In this document: positions 49,576 through 59,729 of the stretch, piece after piece | How positions within the stretch are numbered: the stretch's first letter is position 1 | Layout of the letters: every line of letters starts with the position of its first letter | From: a virus | Length of the DNA stretch: 64,000 bases | Direction: 5' to 3' (one strand) | Virus record (IMG/VR): IMGVR_UViG_3300048014_000015 | Coordinates: 1-64,000 of that record | Translations under genes and position numbers: made by a program | Notes under the pieces: generated by a model | Seen by the model: the letters and a program-made list of their open reading frames with translations, nothing else | Told to the model about the DNA's origin: nothing | Database searches by the model: none

Positions 49576-51960
49576 TTAAGTTAAAGAAATATAAGAGTCA
49601 CTATTTGAGGTAAACAACCTAATTCCGTGAATTCCTGCTGATAATGTTATTGTATTGCTGTTACATACTACACCATCGATTAGTAGTGTATAACCTACAG
49701 GAGAATGAACACTTATTGTATATATTTTTTGAGAAGAAGATATTACTATCCAGCCCATCCAGGGGCCATGCCAGTTATATCCTACCTCTGCGTTCATTTC
49801 TGTTAGGTTAGACGGTAAAAATATACCATTAGTAGGGAATACTGTAGGTGTAGTAATTGTTCCATTAACTAAAGGGTAGTTATTTATACCGGTTATAAAT
49901 CCTTGTGTAGCTTGGGGATCACTCCAGGTAGGCCAAGTCTCATAAGTTCCTTGTGCGTTTTGTTGTATACCAGCTTGTTGAGCAATAATACCTAATTGTT
50001 GTTGTGAGGTTATAGCTCTGGAATCCGCATATCTAAATAAATTTTGTATACCTGTTCCCCCATCATCCCCACCTAAACCACAACCACCTTCATAACATGT
50101 GGGTATTAGTCCATAAAGAATTGCCCATAATGATTCACCCCTTAAAATTGTGGATATTGCTGAAGATGTGGTATTATTTGGGCAACCACTATTATAAATT
50201 TCATCTACAGAACCTAATATAAAATCCTTAAAGTATACTGTTCCTGAACCTGTACTTAAATCCGCTCCCTGAATAAATATTGATATTGTTTCTCCTGGAG
50301 TTGCTGTAAAAGGCTTACTAGCGTAATAATGGGATTTAGTCCAAGATACTAGTTGTGCTGACCAATCAGTACCATTTCCTTGCAGTGGTATATATGGTAT
50401 CGGTTGTGAATAAGTTGGTTGTCCTATATTAATAGCTGTAGTCGATGTTTGTACCTTAAATACTTTTATACTTAGATTACCACCTATTGAATTTAGGGCA
50501 GTAAATAACAAACAATAATTATTGGATACTTGAGTCTCTGGTGCAATAAACGTCAAGTTAATTGTAGAATTGTTGCTTATATAAGATACCACTTCTCCAT
50601 TATATGTGGTTTTACCTGCTAAATTTGTATAGGTTATTTGTGGTTGTATATCGGTACAACCATCAGGGTTATTAGCTGTGTAATAACTAGCTCCCCCAGC
50701 AGCATGTAAATAATCCGGAATTGGTCTAGGTGTAATACCTAGAGGTGGACTAATCGTAGCTGGACCAGGAATTTGAGAAAATGTACTTTCTGCCCATACT
50801 AGGGGACCAGAAGCCGTATTATTAATATTATCGTATTGGTAAAAGAACGCTATCTTGAGTCTAGTATTAATTTGGGTAGGAGCAATATTACGAATTATTT
50901 CCGACCATTGAATAAGTCTAGCTATAATCCATCTACCTTGATTAACTGAGCCAATTAATTTACCCAGGAGTGTTCCATTATTGTACTCATGAGTAGCCTG
51001 TGATAGTGTATTCCAATAATCTTGATAAAATGGGTAAGCAGTATTCCATAGCTCATTCCCCATTTCAAATAATACAGTTAATGATGGGTTTAGTGGTGCC
51101 CAGGTAGGATTAGATTGATGACTTGTATAAGGATTTATACCGTCTGATCCGTATAAAATTGTCTGAATAAGTTTAGTAAAGTAATCATCAGATGCTAGTG
51201 GTGGGACTGATAGATGTAGATTCTTGTTGGTTGCGTTAGCAAAAGCTATACAAATTTCCCATGATGGACCATTACTAGTAGAACTTACTACACCTGCACC
51301 ATTCCAGGAATAAATTACACGATTAGTTATGTCAGGGTATGCAGATGTATTAATTGCACGGTTAGTTGCGATAGGATATGGGGATGTAGTTTGTTTACCA
51401 CCCTTCTGATTAAAAAAAGACGGTAAAGTACGATCTAACCATTGTACTTCATTGTTACCTATACGTTGAAATCGGAGTGTATTGTATGGTCCGGAAGAAT
51501 AAGCATTAAGAACTATAGTATCAAATAGAGTACCAAGTGGGTAGTGTACAGCAGCACCCGGTTTAATTGGTTTCATTATCTGTAGGTTTTTAATACCACC
51601 CACAGAATTAGTAAAAATAAAATAACTAGCATTCCATTTGTTATCGAATACCTCTATATCACCTAATGTAGTATTAGTAGATTTATCGTATTCCCAATAA
51701 CCTAGCTTACAATTACCTCTTACTGACGGAGTAGCCTTTCCTATGAATGAAAATGCACATTGACCAACCATTATTGGGTCAACAGATAACCCTCCTAATA
51801 AACTTTCTTGAAATACGTATTGACCATCTGATAGTGGCCATCCATTACTATCTAAGGACGTTAGGTTAGATGTACCAGCTATAGTTAACCAGGAATTTCT
51901 AGCTCCCTTAACTAAGTCGGCGTATAGTGCTGGATCAGGGTTATTAATAGTGGTATTCAT
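49576..51960 (-). CDS. large tail fibre/spike-like protein (794 aa)
   Basis: Asn/Thr/Ser/Gly-rich beta-type composition in the tail module. No catalytic motif recognised. Confidence 0.6.
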   Translation of the reverse strand: MNTTINNPDPALYADLVKGARNSWLTIAGTSNLTSLDSNGWPLSDGQYVFQESLLGGLSVDPIMVGQCAFSFIGKATPSVRGNCKLGYWEYDKSTNTTLGDIEVFDNKWNASYFIFTNSVGGIKNLQIMKPIKPGAAVHYPLGTLFDTIVLNAYSSGPYNTLRFQRIGNNEVQWLDRTLPSFFNQKGGKQTTSPYPIATNRAINTSAYPDITNRVIYSWNGAGVVSSTSNGPSWEICIAFANATNKNLHLSVPPLASDDYFTKLIQTILYGSDGINPYTSHQSNPTWAPLNPSLTVLFEMGNELWNTAYPFYQDYWNTLSQATHEYNNGTLLGKLIGSVNQGRWIIARLIQWSEIIRNIAPTQINTRLKIAFFYQYDNINNTASGPLVWAESTFSQIPGPATISPPLGITPRPIPDYLHAAGGASYYTANNPDGCTDIQPQITYTNLAGKTTYNGEVVSYISNNSTINLTFIAPETQVSNNYCLLFTALNSIGGNLSIKVFKVQTSTTAINIGQPTYSQPIPYIPLQGNGTDWSAQLVSWTKSHYYASKPFTATPGETISIFIQGADLSTGSGTVYFKDFILGSVDEIYNSGCPNNTTSSAISTILRGESLWAILYGLIPTCYEGGCGLGGDDGGTGIQNLFRYADSRAITSQQQLGIIAQQAGIQQNAQGTYETWPTWSDPQATQGFITGINNYPLVNGTITTPTVFPTNGIFLPSNLTEMNAEVGYNWHGPWMGWIVISSSQKIYTISVHSPVGYTLLIDGVVCNSNTITLSAGIHGIRLFTSNSDSYISLT

Positions 51961-52036
51961 TATTTACTTTATACAGTAGATTGTGATAAACTTTGAGAAG
52001 CACGAAATAATAAACCCGCCTTACCGATGGACCAGC

Positions 52037-52615
52037 TCAGTTCACTACTACCGCGTCCAGGTCGCTGATCTGCGCCGCGCTCTCGATCTGGCCGCGAAGC
52101 GTGATGTGGTCCACCGTTCCGCCGCCCGACAGTGCCGCCACCGATCTTAGCCCAGCTCGATAGGCCGCGTATGCGCTCTTGAAATTCGCAGCGCTGAGCG
52201 TGTACTGGCCGCCCTGGAATGCGATCTTTATCGATGTTGCACCGCCGAGCACCTCCGCCGCCACGCCGACCAGGTAGTCTTGATAGACCTTCGCCGCTGG
52301 TATCTGGTAGGTTATAGACCCGATAGTAACCGGGACCGTAATCTGAAGTAAGCGAAGATCATGGCAAGTTCTTATAGCTAATTGGTAGTCGCTAACAACA
52401 GGGGATCCGATACCAGTATATTGAGTTAGCATCGGATAACGGTAATCTATTAATAATGCTGCTGGGGGATTGAGTACATTAACAATAGATCGACCTATCG
52501 CTGCATTATTTGAAACTCCCGCCGAAACAATGTTAGGATAATCGGTAAAGACTGTTGGCTTGTACCAAGTATAGATATCAGTTACTTGAGTACAAAATGA
52601 CATTATATACGGCAT
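52037..52615 (-). CDS. hypothetical tail protein with a compositionally foreign (GC-rich) C-terminal third
   Basis: The ORF is continuous across an AT-rich to GC-rich junction near 52300-52350. Confidence 0.65.
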   Translation of the reverse strand: MPYIMSFCTQVTDIYTWYKPTVFTDYPNIVSAGVSNNAAIGRSIVNVLNPPAALLIDYRYPMLTQYTGIGSPVVSDYQLAIRTCHDLRLLQITVPVTIGSITYQIPAAKVYQDYLVGVAAEVLGGATSIKIAFQGGQYTLSAANFKSAYAAYRAGLRSVAALSGGGTVDHITLRGQIESAAQISDLDAVVVN

Positions 52616-52620
52616 GATAG

Positions 52621-53919
52621 TTAGTACGAAGTTGTACCCCCATCTTGGTTGTATCCACCTGCTAAGTATCCTACCTGCGTTGCTGTAAGAGCATAATTGT
52701 AATAACGATATTCGTCAAGATTACCTTGAAAATACACATTTGAACTAGATCTAATAAGTGCTCCGACAGTCCACTGATTGATCCCGGATATTGAAGCGAG
52801 CCATTGTCCTGTATTGCTTCCTGTTTGAATACTTAGAGTTTGCAGATTTCCGTCTATGTAAACTTTCACAGTAGAACCGTCAGAAGTTACGGCAGCATGA
52901 TGCCATCCCGTATCAGTAACAGTATTGTTTGGAGTTATGGCATTTAAGCCACTACCACCGTTTAAAACATATATCTGAAACTCTTTATTATCATCTCCGC
53001 GATACTCTAATCCAATAAAAGTAGTGAGTGCTGTATTATTTGAAATACTCCAAATTAGATTGGCAATTGCAGCCCCGAGATTCTTGAACCATACCGTAAT
53101 ACTCCCTGCTGTATCACTGGTATTAAAAGGTGTGACTTGAACGTACTCATTAAACGATGTTGTGAAGAGTAAGGAATTCGTATCTGGAATCGATACAGTA
53201 GGGATAACTCCCGACCATGAAGGAGGACCAATCAAACTACCTGTATGTCCATTTCCGGTAGCATCAGATGCAGATGATCCTGTACCATCGTCAAATTTCC
53301 ACAGGAGTTTAGGAGCAGTTAAAAGCGGTGTTACGGCACCTGAAGCGGTAGCTGTTGATTGTTGTCCTGTAGACGAAACGGAAGTTAGCCAAAAATAGTA
53401 TGGCGTCCCATTAGTAAGTCCAGTAACAGTATAGTTCGAGCTTGCTGTATTGGTGTCAAGAGTAGCAGTATTAAAATTATTACTTGTATTTTGGTAAACG
53501 TTGGTACTGACTCCTGATCCATTTGACCATGCTAATTCTACCTGTGTTGTTCCTGGAGTCGCAACAAGATTGCTAGGTGCTGTAGGTATCGCACCAGATG
53601 GTAATGGATACCACCCTTTAGTTCCACTCGTAGTAGATGTTCCATAATAATGGGCCGCTCCTGGTAAAGCTGAATCACCAGATAATTGAATCCCACCATT
53701 TGCTTGTACGATGCTATTTTGTGTAGGTACTACCGTACCCCAACTTCCATTCCAACTCTGATAAAGAATACTGGTATCGGTTGCATAGTAATACATCCCT
53801 TGATTCTGGGGTGTTGCTGCGGGTCTAGCAGCAGCAAGACCTTGAAGGGCATAACTTCGAGCTACGGAAGTAGGTATCTTCCAATTTACTTCTCCAGCCA
53901 TTAGAATGTATCCCCCCAA
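52621..53919 (-). CDS. tail fibre / receptor-binding protein with FN3 and LamG (concanavalin-like) domains
   Basis: FN3-like PSNLVATPGTTQVELAWS...YTVTGLTNGTPYYFWLTSVS. LamG_3-like LLWKFDDGTGSSASDATGNGHTGSL...HHAAVTSDGSTVKVYIDGNL...LDEYRYYNYALT. Confidence 0.75.
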   Translation of the reverse strand: MGGYILMAGEVNWKIPTSVARSYALQGLAAARPAATPQNQGMYYYATDTSILYQSWNGSWGTVVPTQNSIVQANGGIQLSGDSALPGAAHYYGTSTTSGTKGWYPLPSGAIPTAPSNLVATPGTTQVELAWSNGSGVSTNVYQNTSNNFNTATLDTNTASSNYTVTGLTNGTPYYFWLTSVSSTGQQSTATASGAVTPLLTAPKLLWKFDDGTGSSASDATGNGHTGSLIGPPSWSGVIPTVSIPDTNSLLFTTSFNEYVQVTPFNTSDTAGSITVWFKNLGAAIANLIWSISNNTALTTFIGLEYRGDDNKEFQIYVLNGGSGLNAITPNNTVTDTGWHHAAVTSDGSTVKVYIDGNLQTLSIQTGSNTGQWLASISGINQWTVGALIRSSSNVYFQGNLDEYRYYNYALTATQVGYLAGGYNQDGGTTSY

Positions 53920-54332
53920 ACGAGTACATCTAATGCTTTTCCCGTACCTAAAGCTACTGCTAAACCCAGGTACAGCGACGTAGCACTATCGAGCCGAATA
54001 AATGGATTCCCAGCCGAATCACGATTCAGCGGAATCGCCATAGAACCAGCTATTAACGCTTGAAGAAGGTCAACAGGTGGTACTGAATTCGAGAACCCTG
54101 CTCCGGCAGGAATTGAAATCTGAGCTATTTGATATGTGCTACCAGCATTTTTTACCGATAGTTCAACATCATGGGCTGACGTATCCGAGTTAGCACAAAG
54201 AATACTACGAATCTGTATTCCGTTGGTTTGTGCTCCAAGAATCTGTGTGGCTGTTGTCCCAGTAGCATTGGTGAAACCGGTAGGAGTCGAAACAAAATTC
54301 TGCGGGTAAATCTGTGTCGATTGAAATGACAT
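53901..54332 (-). CDS. hypothetical tail-fibre-associated protein
   Basis: 143-aa ORF. Its ATG overlaps the stop of the fibre gene. Confidence 0.6.
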   Translation of the reverse strand: MSFQSTQIYPQNFVSTPTGFTNATGTTATQILGAQTNGIQIRSILCANSDTSAHDVELSVKNAGSTYQIAQISIPAGAGFSNSVPPVDLLQALIAGSMAIPLNRDSAGNPFIRLDSATSLYLGLAVALGTGKALDVLVWGDTF

Positions 54333-57292
54333 TACGGTGCTCCTCCATAGGTCGAATACATCACGTCGAATACCACAGGAACTACAATCGTTGTAGCTAC
54401 TACATATGGACTAGCATTTGTACCCGATCCAGTGACGATAATATTAGTTCCGGCTGTAATCAATCCGGAAATTGTCGCTACGGTCCCAGCTTGACCGGTT
54501 GTGTTCTGGTTCAGAGTCGGGAAAGTACAGTTCGCGAGATTGCCGCTTGCTGGTGTACCAAGTGTAGGACTCGTGAATGTCGGAGAGGTTAAGGTGAGTC
54601 CAGCAATTGAAGTAATAGTGTTGCCAAGCGACACTCCACTAGACCCAATCGTTATAGCTGAATTAACTAAATAAGAGTTAGCGATTGCTGCCCCATGCCA
54701 TGTTCCACTTGTAACAGTTCCGAGAGTCGTAATACTTGATTGACCCGTGTATCCCGACGCAATCGAAAACTGATTACCACTTAATGCTATGGTTGTTCCA
54801 TCAGCAGTATAGGTGCCGGCACCATAATTTTGAACGAAGGTAATTGGTGTCGTACCAACAGTGGGCGGTGATGTGTTACTACACACCCAACCTGTTGTTC
54901 CATTAGTTGTACCCTGTTCAATGAATACTTGTGCTCCTGGAAATTGACTTCCAGTGTTCATATCATTGGCACGAGTCCAAATCCCAGCAACTCCAACCGC
55001 TCCAGCAGTTGTTACCTGATATAGTCCATTATAAGGGGCATTTGTGCTAGTCTCGTTTTTTACAAGAACAAATGATCCTACCGTAGTTGCAACCCCATCG
55101 ATTGTTTCAACACCAGTTAAACTGAAGGTGATAACACCACTCGTATAGGTATATGTCGGCAATGCCCCAGTTGTAGCACAAGACGCAGCGTACTTAGCCG
55201 TAATCCCTTGTGTATAGGTTTGCAGTGTTTGAAGGTTAACAACGTCAGTAGAGTTGACTGGATTAGCCAGATTATCAATTACATAACCACCCATGTTGAG
55301 TGGTTGTGTTTGCACTCCAATTGCACCAAGATTAGCCAGTGTCGTAACCAGATTATTTACTAACACTCCACTTGTAGGTAGTGTTACATTCGTTGACCCT
55401 GTTGCTGTTAGGGTAATATTCCCGCCATTAGTTACAAGATTCCCACCTACTGTAATTGTGTTGTTCCCATTGTTAACCCCTGTTCCCCCGTATGTGGGTT
55501 GAACAACGCTACCATTCCATGTTCCCGTTGTGATTGTGTTAATAGTCTGCAACTGCGGAAGAGCAGAAACATCCGTATTCGGAATAGTTCCAGTCTGAGG
55601 AAGGATAACGTTAGTAGCTCCCTGTAATTGAAATTGAGCAGGGAAGCCAGTTGTATTTCCAGTTGGAACCGTAGATAGATTTCCTGTTAACTGAACTGCA
55701 GTATTCCCAGAGAGCGTGAATTGAAGTGGATAGTTAGTGCCGTTATTCCCTTGTATGGTCAGTGTCGAGATATTGTTATTTGCTATCCCTGTTCCACCTT
55801 GGAAGGGAACGATTGGATAGCTGATATTCCCCCCACCTGTTGTACCGGTAGGACCAATGGGACCAGGAATAGGAAAATAATCTTCTAAATCTGGATCATT
55901 AGGGGGAATAGTTAAACCGGCGGGACCAGTAGAACCGGTATTTCCTTTTGTACCGGTAGGACCGATAGGACCGGGAATAGGAAAATAATCATCAGGATCA
56001 TCATTAGGTGTTAATTGGTAATTTTGATATAGGTTATTTGTTGTACCACCACTAGAAGGTGTATAACCGGCATAATAGTTACCTACCTGAAAATCGATCC
56101 ACGGTCCACGATGTATTTGTGTTTTACTATATGGATCATCATATGGAGAATCTGGTAATGCCGGATTTTGTTCTACTAATTTCAATGTCCATCGTATCTC
56201 ATCTTCCCACCCAGTAGGAACCCACGGCTCTATACCTGGATATACTAAATCAATATCTACTAATCTCCACCCGTACCAATCACTAGCAGCCTGAGTAGCG
56301 TAGTTAGTGATTGCTGTTAAATTTGAACCATTATATTGAGTATCAGCATAAATAGTCTGTAGGTAATTTGGTAAACCGACAGCATTACTGTATTCAGGAA
56401 TATTTAGAGATTCTAACGTTACGTTAATAACATAAGGTGTACTAGCTGGTGGATTGGTAGACGCATTTAGAAATAGAGTTTGTACACTAGATGGAACTGA
56501 ATTAGCTATTGCAGATTCTTCTATCAATCCACCACTAATTACAGTTCCATTAATGTTGTTGATGTAATTTTGTGCGGCACTTCTAGCAGTAGTCCAATTT
56601 ACTGTAGTAACTTGTCCAGATAATGATACTACAATTCTTTGACCTATCTGATTAGCTACAGCATCTAAAATAGCTGGTGTAGAAACTTGATACGGTAATA
56701 CCCACTTACTACTTGGAACACCATAATTAGAAGAGATACTATCCGGAGTGATACTTACCCCTAAAATAGTACCTATTTGAGAATAAAGATTAGACCAACT
56801 ACTAGGTTGGGTAATACTACCTTTTGAATAGTACCAGTAAAATCTTTGATCTACTAAGGTTATTAACCATAGATCGTTATATATATTTCCTAACTGATTT
56901 AGTGGTCTTGCAGCACCACAGATATACATCGGTGCTGTTATGGTTTTTCCTGCTCTACCATCAAAAAACACTAAAGATTGAGGTGTATTGTAATTATCTG
57001 GAGCACAAATAGCCCGTATATTGTTCCATCTATTAGTTTCAACTATAGTGTGGAACCAAGCAACATTACTAGCACCGGTAGGCCAACTCAATACATCCAA
57101 TGAAAATTTTGGAGGTACTGGTAAACTAGGGGTAGGAAGTGTTTGTTGATTGGGTCTATCAAAATTCCAAAATGAACCCAAATCATTATCATACCTATCA
57201 TGTACAACCTTTAACCAAGTATCTTCTAAAAATGACGGAGATAAAGGGAGTGTTATTCCAGCATAACTTAAATGTTGTACGTTAGATGCCAT
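54332..57292 (-). CDS. tail fibre protein with collagen-like G-x-y tracts
   Basis: DYFPIPGPIGPTGT occurs twice, flanking GTKGNTGSTGPAG. Long Thr/Gly/Asn-rich C-terminal region. Confidence 0.8.
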   Translation of the reverse strand: MASNVQHLSYAGITLPLSPSFLEDTWLKVVHDRYDNDLGSFWNFDRPNQQTLPTPSLPVPPKFSLDVLSWPTGASNVAWFHTIVETNRWNNIRAICAPDNYNTPQSLVFFDGRAGKTITAPMYICGAARPLNQLGNIYNDLWLITLVDQRFYWYYSKGSITQPSSWSNLYSQIGTILGVSITPDSISSNYGVPSSKWVLPYQVSTPAILDAVANQIGQRIVVSLSGQVTTVNWTTARSAAQNYINNINGTVISGGLIEESAIANSVPSSVQTLFLNASTNPPASTPYVINVTLESLNIPEYSNAVGLPNYLQTIYADTQYNGSNLTAITNYATQAASDWYGWRLVDIDLVYPGIEPWVPTGWEDEIRWTLKLVEQNPALPDSPYDDPYSKTQIHRGPWIDFQVGNYYAGYTPSSGGTTNNLYQNYQLTPNDDPDDYFPIPGPIGPTGTKGNTGSTGPAGLTIPPNDPDLEDYFPIPGPIGPTGTTGGGNISYPIVPFQGGTGIANNNISTLTIQGNNGTNYPLQFTLSGNTAVQLTGNLSTVPTGNTTGFPAQFQLQGATNVILPQTGTIPNTDVSALPQLQTINTITTGTWNGSVVQPTYGGTGVNNGNNTITVGGNLVTNGGNITLTATGSTNVTLPTSGVLVNNLVTTLANLGAIGVQTQPLNMGGYVIDNLANPVNSTDVVNLQTLQTYTQGITAKYAASCATTGALPTYTYTSGVITFSLTGVETIDGVATTVGSFVLVKNETSTNAPYNGLYQVTTAGAVGVAGIWTRANDMNTGSQFPGAQVFIEQGTTNGTTGWVCSNTSPPTVGTTPITFVQNYGAGTYTADGTTIALSGNQFSIASGYTGQSSITTLGTVTSGTWHGAAIANSYLVNSAITIGSSGVSLGNTITSIAGLTLTSPTFTSPTLGTPASGNLANCTFPTLNQNTTGQAGTVATISGLITAGTNIIVTGSGTNASPYVVATTIVVPVVFDVMYSTYGGAP

Positions 57293-57340
57293 ATATCTTT
57301 TTTGAGAGGAATACTATGAATAGTGCTTTAGGTTAATTGA

Positions 57341-58012
57341 CTACATAGGATTATTAATCGGAGCAGGAATAGTAGTTGATGCGGGATTATTGTTATTAAT
57401 AGATAGTATGTAAACAGCTTCAAAATCCAGATGACTTCTGATTAAACCTACTTCATTTTCTGGTGGTCTAACTGCTGGACCGTCAGAACTATCGATCCAG
57501 TGTAGTGTACCTAATACAAGTGGAGTAGTGGCTAAGGTTAATGAGTTAACATATGTAGGACACCATTCGTCTAAAGCATTTAATACGAGTTCTTCTAATA
57601 TATCGTGACCCGGCCACGAAGGGGGAGTATTAATAGTTTGACTATTAGTTGTGCCACCTAATGATACCTCATCCCCACCTACAACGTCCATACCTACCCT
57701 GGAATAGAGGTATATTCTAATTCTCCTAGAAACATTCCTAGCTAATCTTCCCGCTCCTTGGTCTGATAAGTAACCACCTGTTTTAGCATTTATAGGTGAT
57801 GGTCCGTATACTCTGACATATGCAAACCAATTTTCAGTAGCCGTTATTTGATAGTCATCACTTGCTACGGGTCTTACCCAAGGAGGTGGTAAAGGATTCC
57901 CGTTTTGGTCAACCGGTATATAAGAACCTATAGCACTTGCTACACGATTTACTACTGCTGTACGTATTAACGCAAATGGTACTGATCCAGAAGATAGCGA
58001 AGGTGATGACAT
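57341..58012 (-). CDS. hypothetical baseplate/tail protein
   Basis: 223-aa ORF in the tail module. Confidence 0.6.
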   Translation of the reverse strand: MSSPSLSSGSVPFALIRTAVVNRVASAIGSYIPVDQNGNPLPPPWVRPVASDDYQITATENWFAYVRVYGPSPINAKTGGYLSDQGAGRLARNVSRRIRIYLYSRVGMDVVGGDEVSLGGTTNSQTINTPPSWPGHDILEELVLNALDEWCPTYVNSLTLATTPLVLGTLHWIDSSDGPAVRPPENEVGLIRSHLDFEAVYILSINNNNPASTTIPAPINNPM

Positions 58013-58079
58013 TATTTTTGAAAGAAAATCCCTATATTATGTATATAGGTTAATTATAGGGTATATTAACCTAACATAG

Positions 58080-58343
58080 TTAACTGAAGAAATGCCAACT
58101 CCAGAAGATAGTTAAAGCTATACAAGTTCCAATAAATATATAGGGTACGCACTTATAGTGTAATGATAGTACATACACCGCATGGCTACCGGTCCATTCG
58201 TGGCCACCTAAAATATAAAATGTACCATCTAATACTGAATAAGCTAAGAATCCACCTATTAACCACACTAGCATAAAAGCTAATGCTATTATGGATTGGA
58301 AAGTCAAATCTTCTATTCGTGTATCCATATGTGTTCTTCTCAA
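58080..58343 (-). CDS. small membrane protein (2-3 TM segments)
   Basis: IIALAFMLVWLIGGFLAYSVL and YIFIGTCIALTIFWSW. Confidence 0.55.
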   Translation of the reverse strand: MRRTHMDTRIEDLTFQSIIALAFMLVWLIGGFLAYSVLDGTFYILGGHEWTGSHAVYVLSLHYKCVPYIFIGTCIALTIFWSWHFFS

Positions 58344-58347
58344 AAAG

Positions 58348-59712
58348 TTATGGATTGGTGACCAAGCTGTCTGGTATAGTGGGAGAATTAGAACTAGGCC
58401 AATAGATCTTAATTCCGAGATTGGGGAAATTAAGTACCCTTTGACAACCCCTAACGAATGATTGTGTTCCTAATGAATTAGTATAAGTAGCGGTATATAC
58501 ATCGCCAATAATATCTGCTGTACTACTGCTAAATGCAGCAACATACGGCCCCTGATTATATAGCTGAGTTGCTGCTACTCCTGCTGCTAAATCGAGTGAG
58601 AGAATCTTGGTAGAACCAGGGGCGGTACTAAATCCATATTGAATATAGACTACAGAAGGTAGATATTTAGGGGTAGCAAAGAATACAGTAAAGGTTGTAT
58701 AAGAACTACCAACATTACTACTACTACCAGTAGCACTACTCATTGTAAATGTTTGTGATAGGTTATTACCTGCATCATTAGTGAGTATTGTACCACTACC
58801 ATTTGTCAAACATATACGAAATATACCAGCACCATCCGTACTACTCATCTTAGCTTGTACAGAAAATGCATATACAGTGTTAGGAGATAATGATACTGCT
58901 TGTGCTAATTGAGTAGCACTTGTCCCGTCACTAACAATAGAAGCACTATAGGAATAACCCGAACGTATAGGGGAAGTGCCCTGTAGTACCTGTGTACCAG
59001 CACTACCATTAAGTATTATCCAATTAGTAGGGGTATTATTACCTACACCACTCCAGTTATTAAATACCCCATCTGTGATAAGTGTAGTTGATGCAGGGTT
59101 TGTAACAGTAATACTCGTACTTGTACCACTACCTTGAGGCCAATTATATGCCGTAAATGGTACTGCTACTACCCCTACAGCTTGAAATGTTTCATTGTAT
59201 GGAACAGATGCAGACGTACAGGTTATTGTGACTGTTTCGGCATAGATCGTATCAGACTGTACACCGTAGGGATTAAGTGTATAGGTTGAGAATGTAGGAT
59301 TACCAATATTAAGGGTATTAGTGATACTAAGCCCAGTAGCGACAGTAGAAGTAATAGTGGGTTTATTAACGTATTGAGACGTACTAATCATCTGCTGGAT
59401 AACATTTTGTATTGATTGGGCATAAGTGTAGGGATTTAGTGGTACGTTATCGTTCACTTGTAATTGTGAGGATATTTGTGCTGCACCAGCTAGGTAACTC
59501 TGATATGAATTAGGAGAAGACTGGTAACTCGTTTGTGCAGCGGGTAGTCCTACTACCGCCGCTTGATCGCTGGTAGCATATTGCGACCAGATAGATTGAA
59601 ATCCGGTAACTGTTAATGCAGTACCGTATAACGCACTAACTCTATTGTACTCACCTATAAACGCACCAAGCCTGGTGAAATAACCGTTCGTTCCTAAAAG
59701 TTGGATTGACAT
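58348..59712 (-). CDS. hypothetical tail/baseplate protein
   Basis: 454-aa Ser/Thr-rich ORF. Confidence 0.65.
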   Translation of the reverse strand: MSIQLLGTNGYFTRLGAFIGEYNRVSALYGTALTVTGFQSIWSQYATSDQAAVVGLPAAQTSYQSSPNSYQSYLAGAAQISSQLQVNDNVPLNPYTYAQSIQNVIQQMISTSQYVNKPTITSTVATGLSITNTLNIGNPTFSTYTLNPYGVQSDTIYAETVTITCTSASVPYNETFQAVGVVAVPFTAYNWPQGSGTSTSITVTNPASTTLITDGVFNNWSGVGNNTPTNWIILNGSAGTQVLQGTSPIRSGYSYSASIVSDGTSATQLAQAVSLSPNTVYAFSVQAKMSSTDGAGIFRICLTNGSGTILTNDAGNNLSQTFTMSSATGSSSNVGSSYTTFTVFFATPKYLPSVVYIQYGFSTAPGSTKILSLDLAAGVAATQLYNQGPYVAAFSSSTADIIGDVYTATYTNSLGTQSFVRGCQRVLNFPNLGIKIYWPSSNSPTIPDSLVTNP

Positions 59713-59729
59713 AATTTACCTATAGTAGT

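Noticed and set aside
54332-57292. A diversity-generating retroelement targeting the fibre (repeats in the fibre gene).
   Set aside because: There is no reverse transcriptase and no template/variable repeat pair with A-specific differences. The repeats are in-frame collagen-like duplications.
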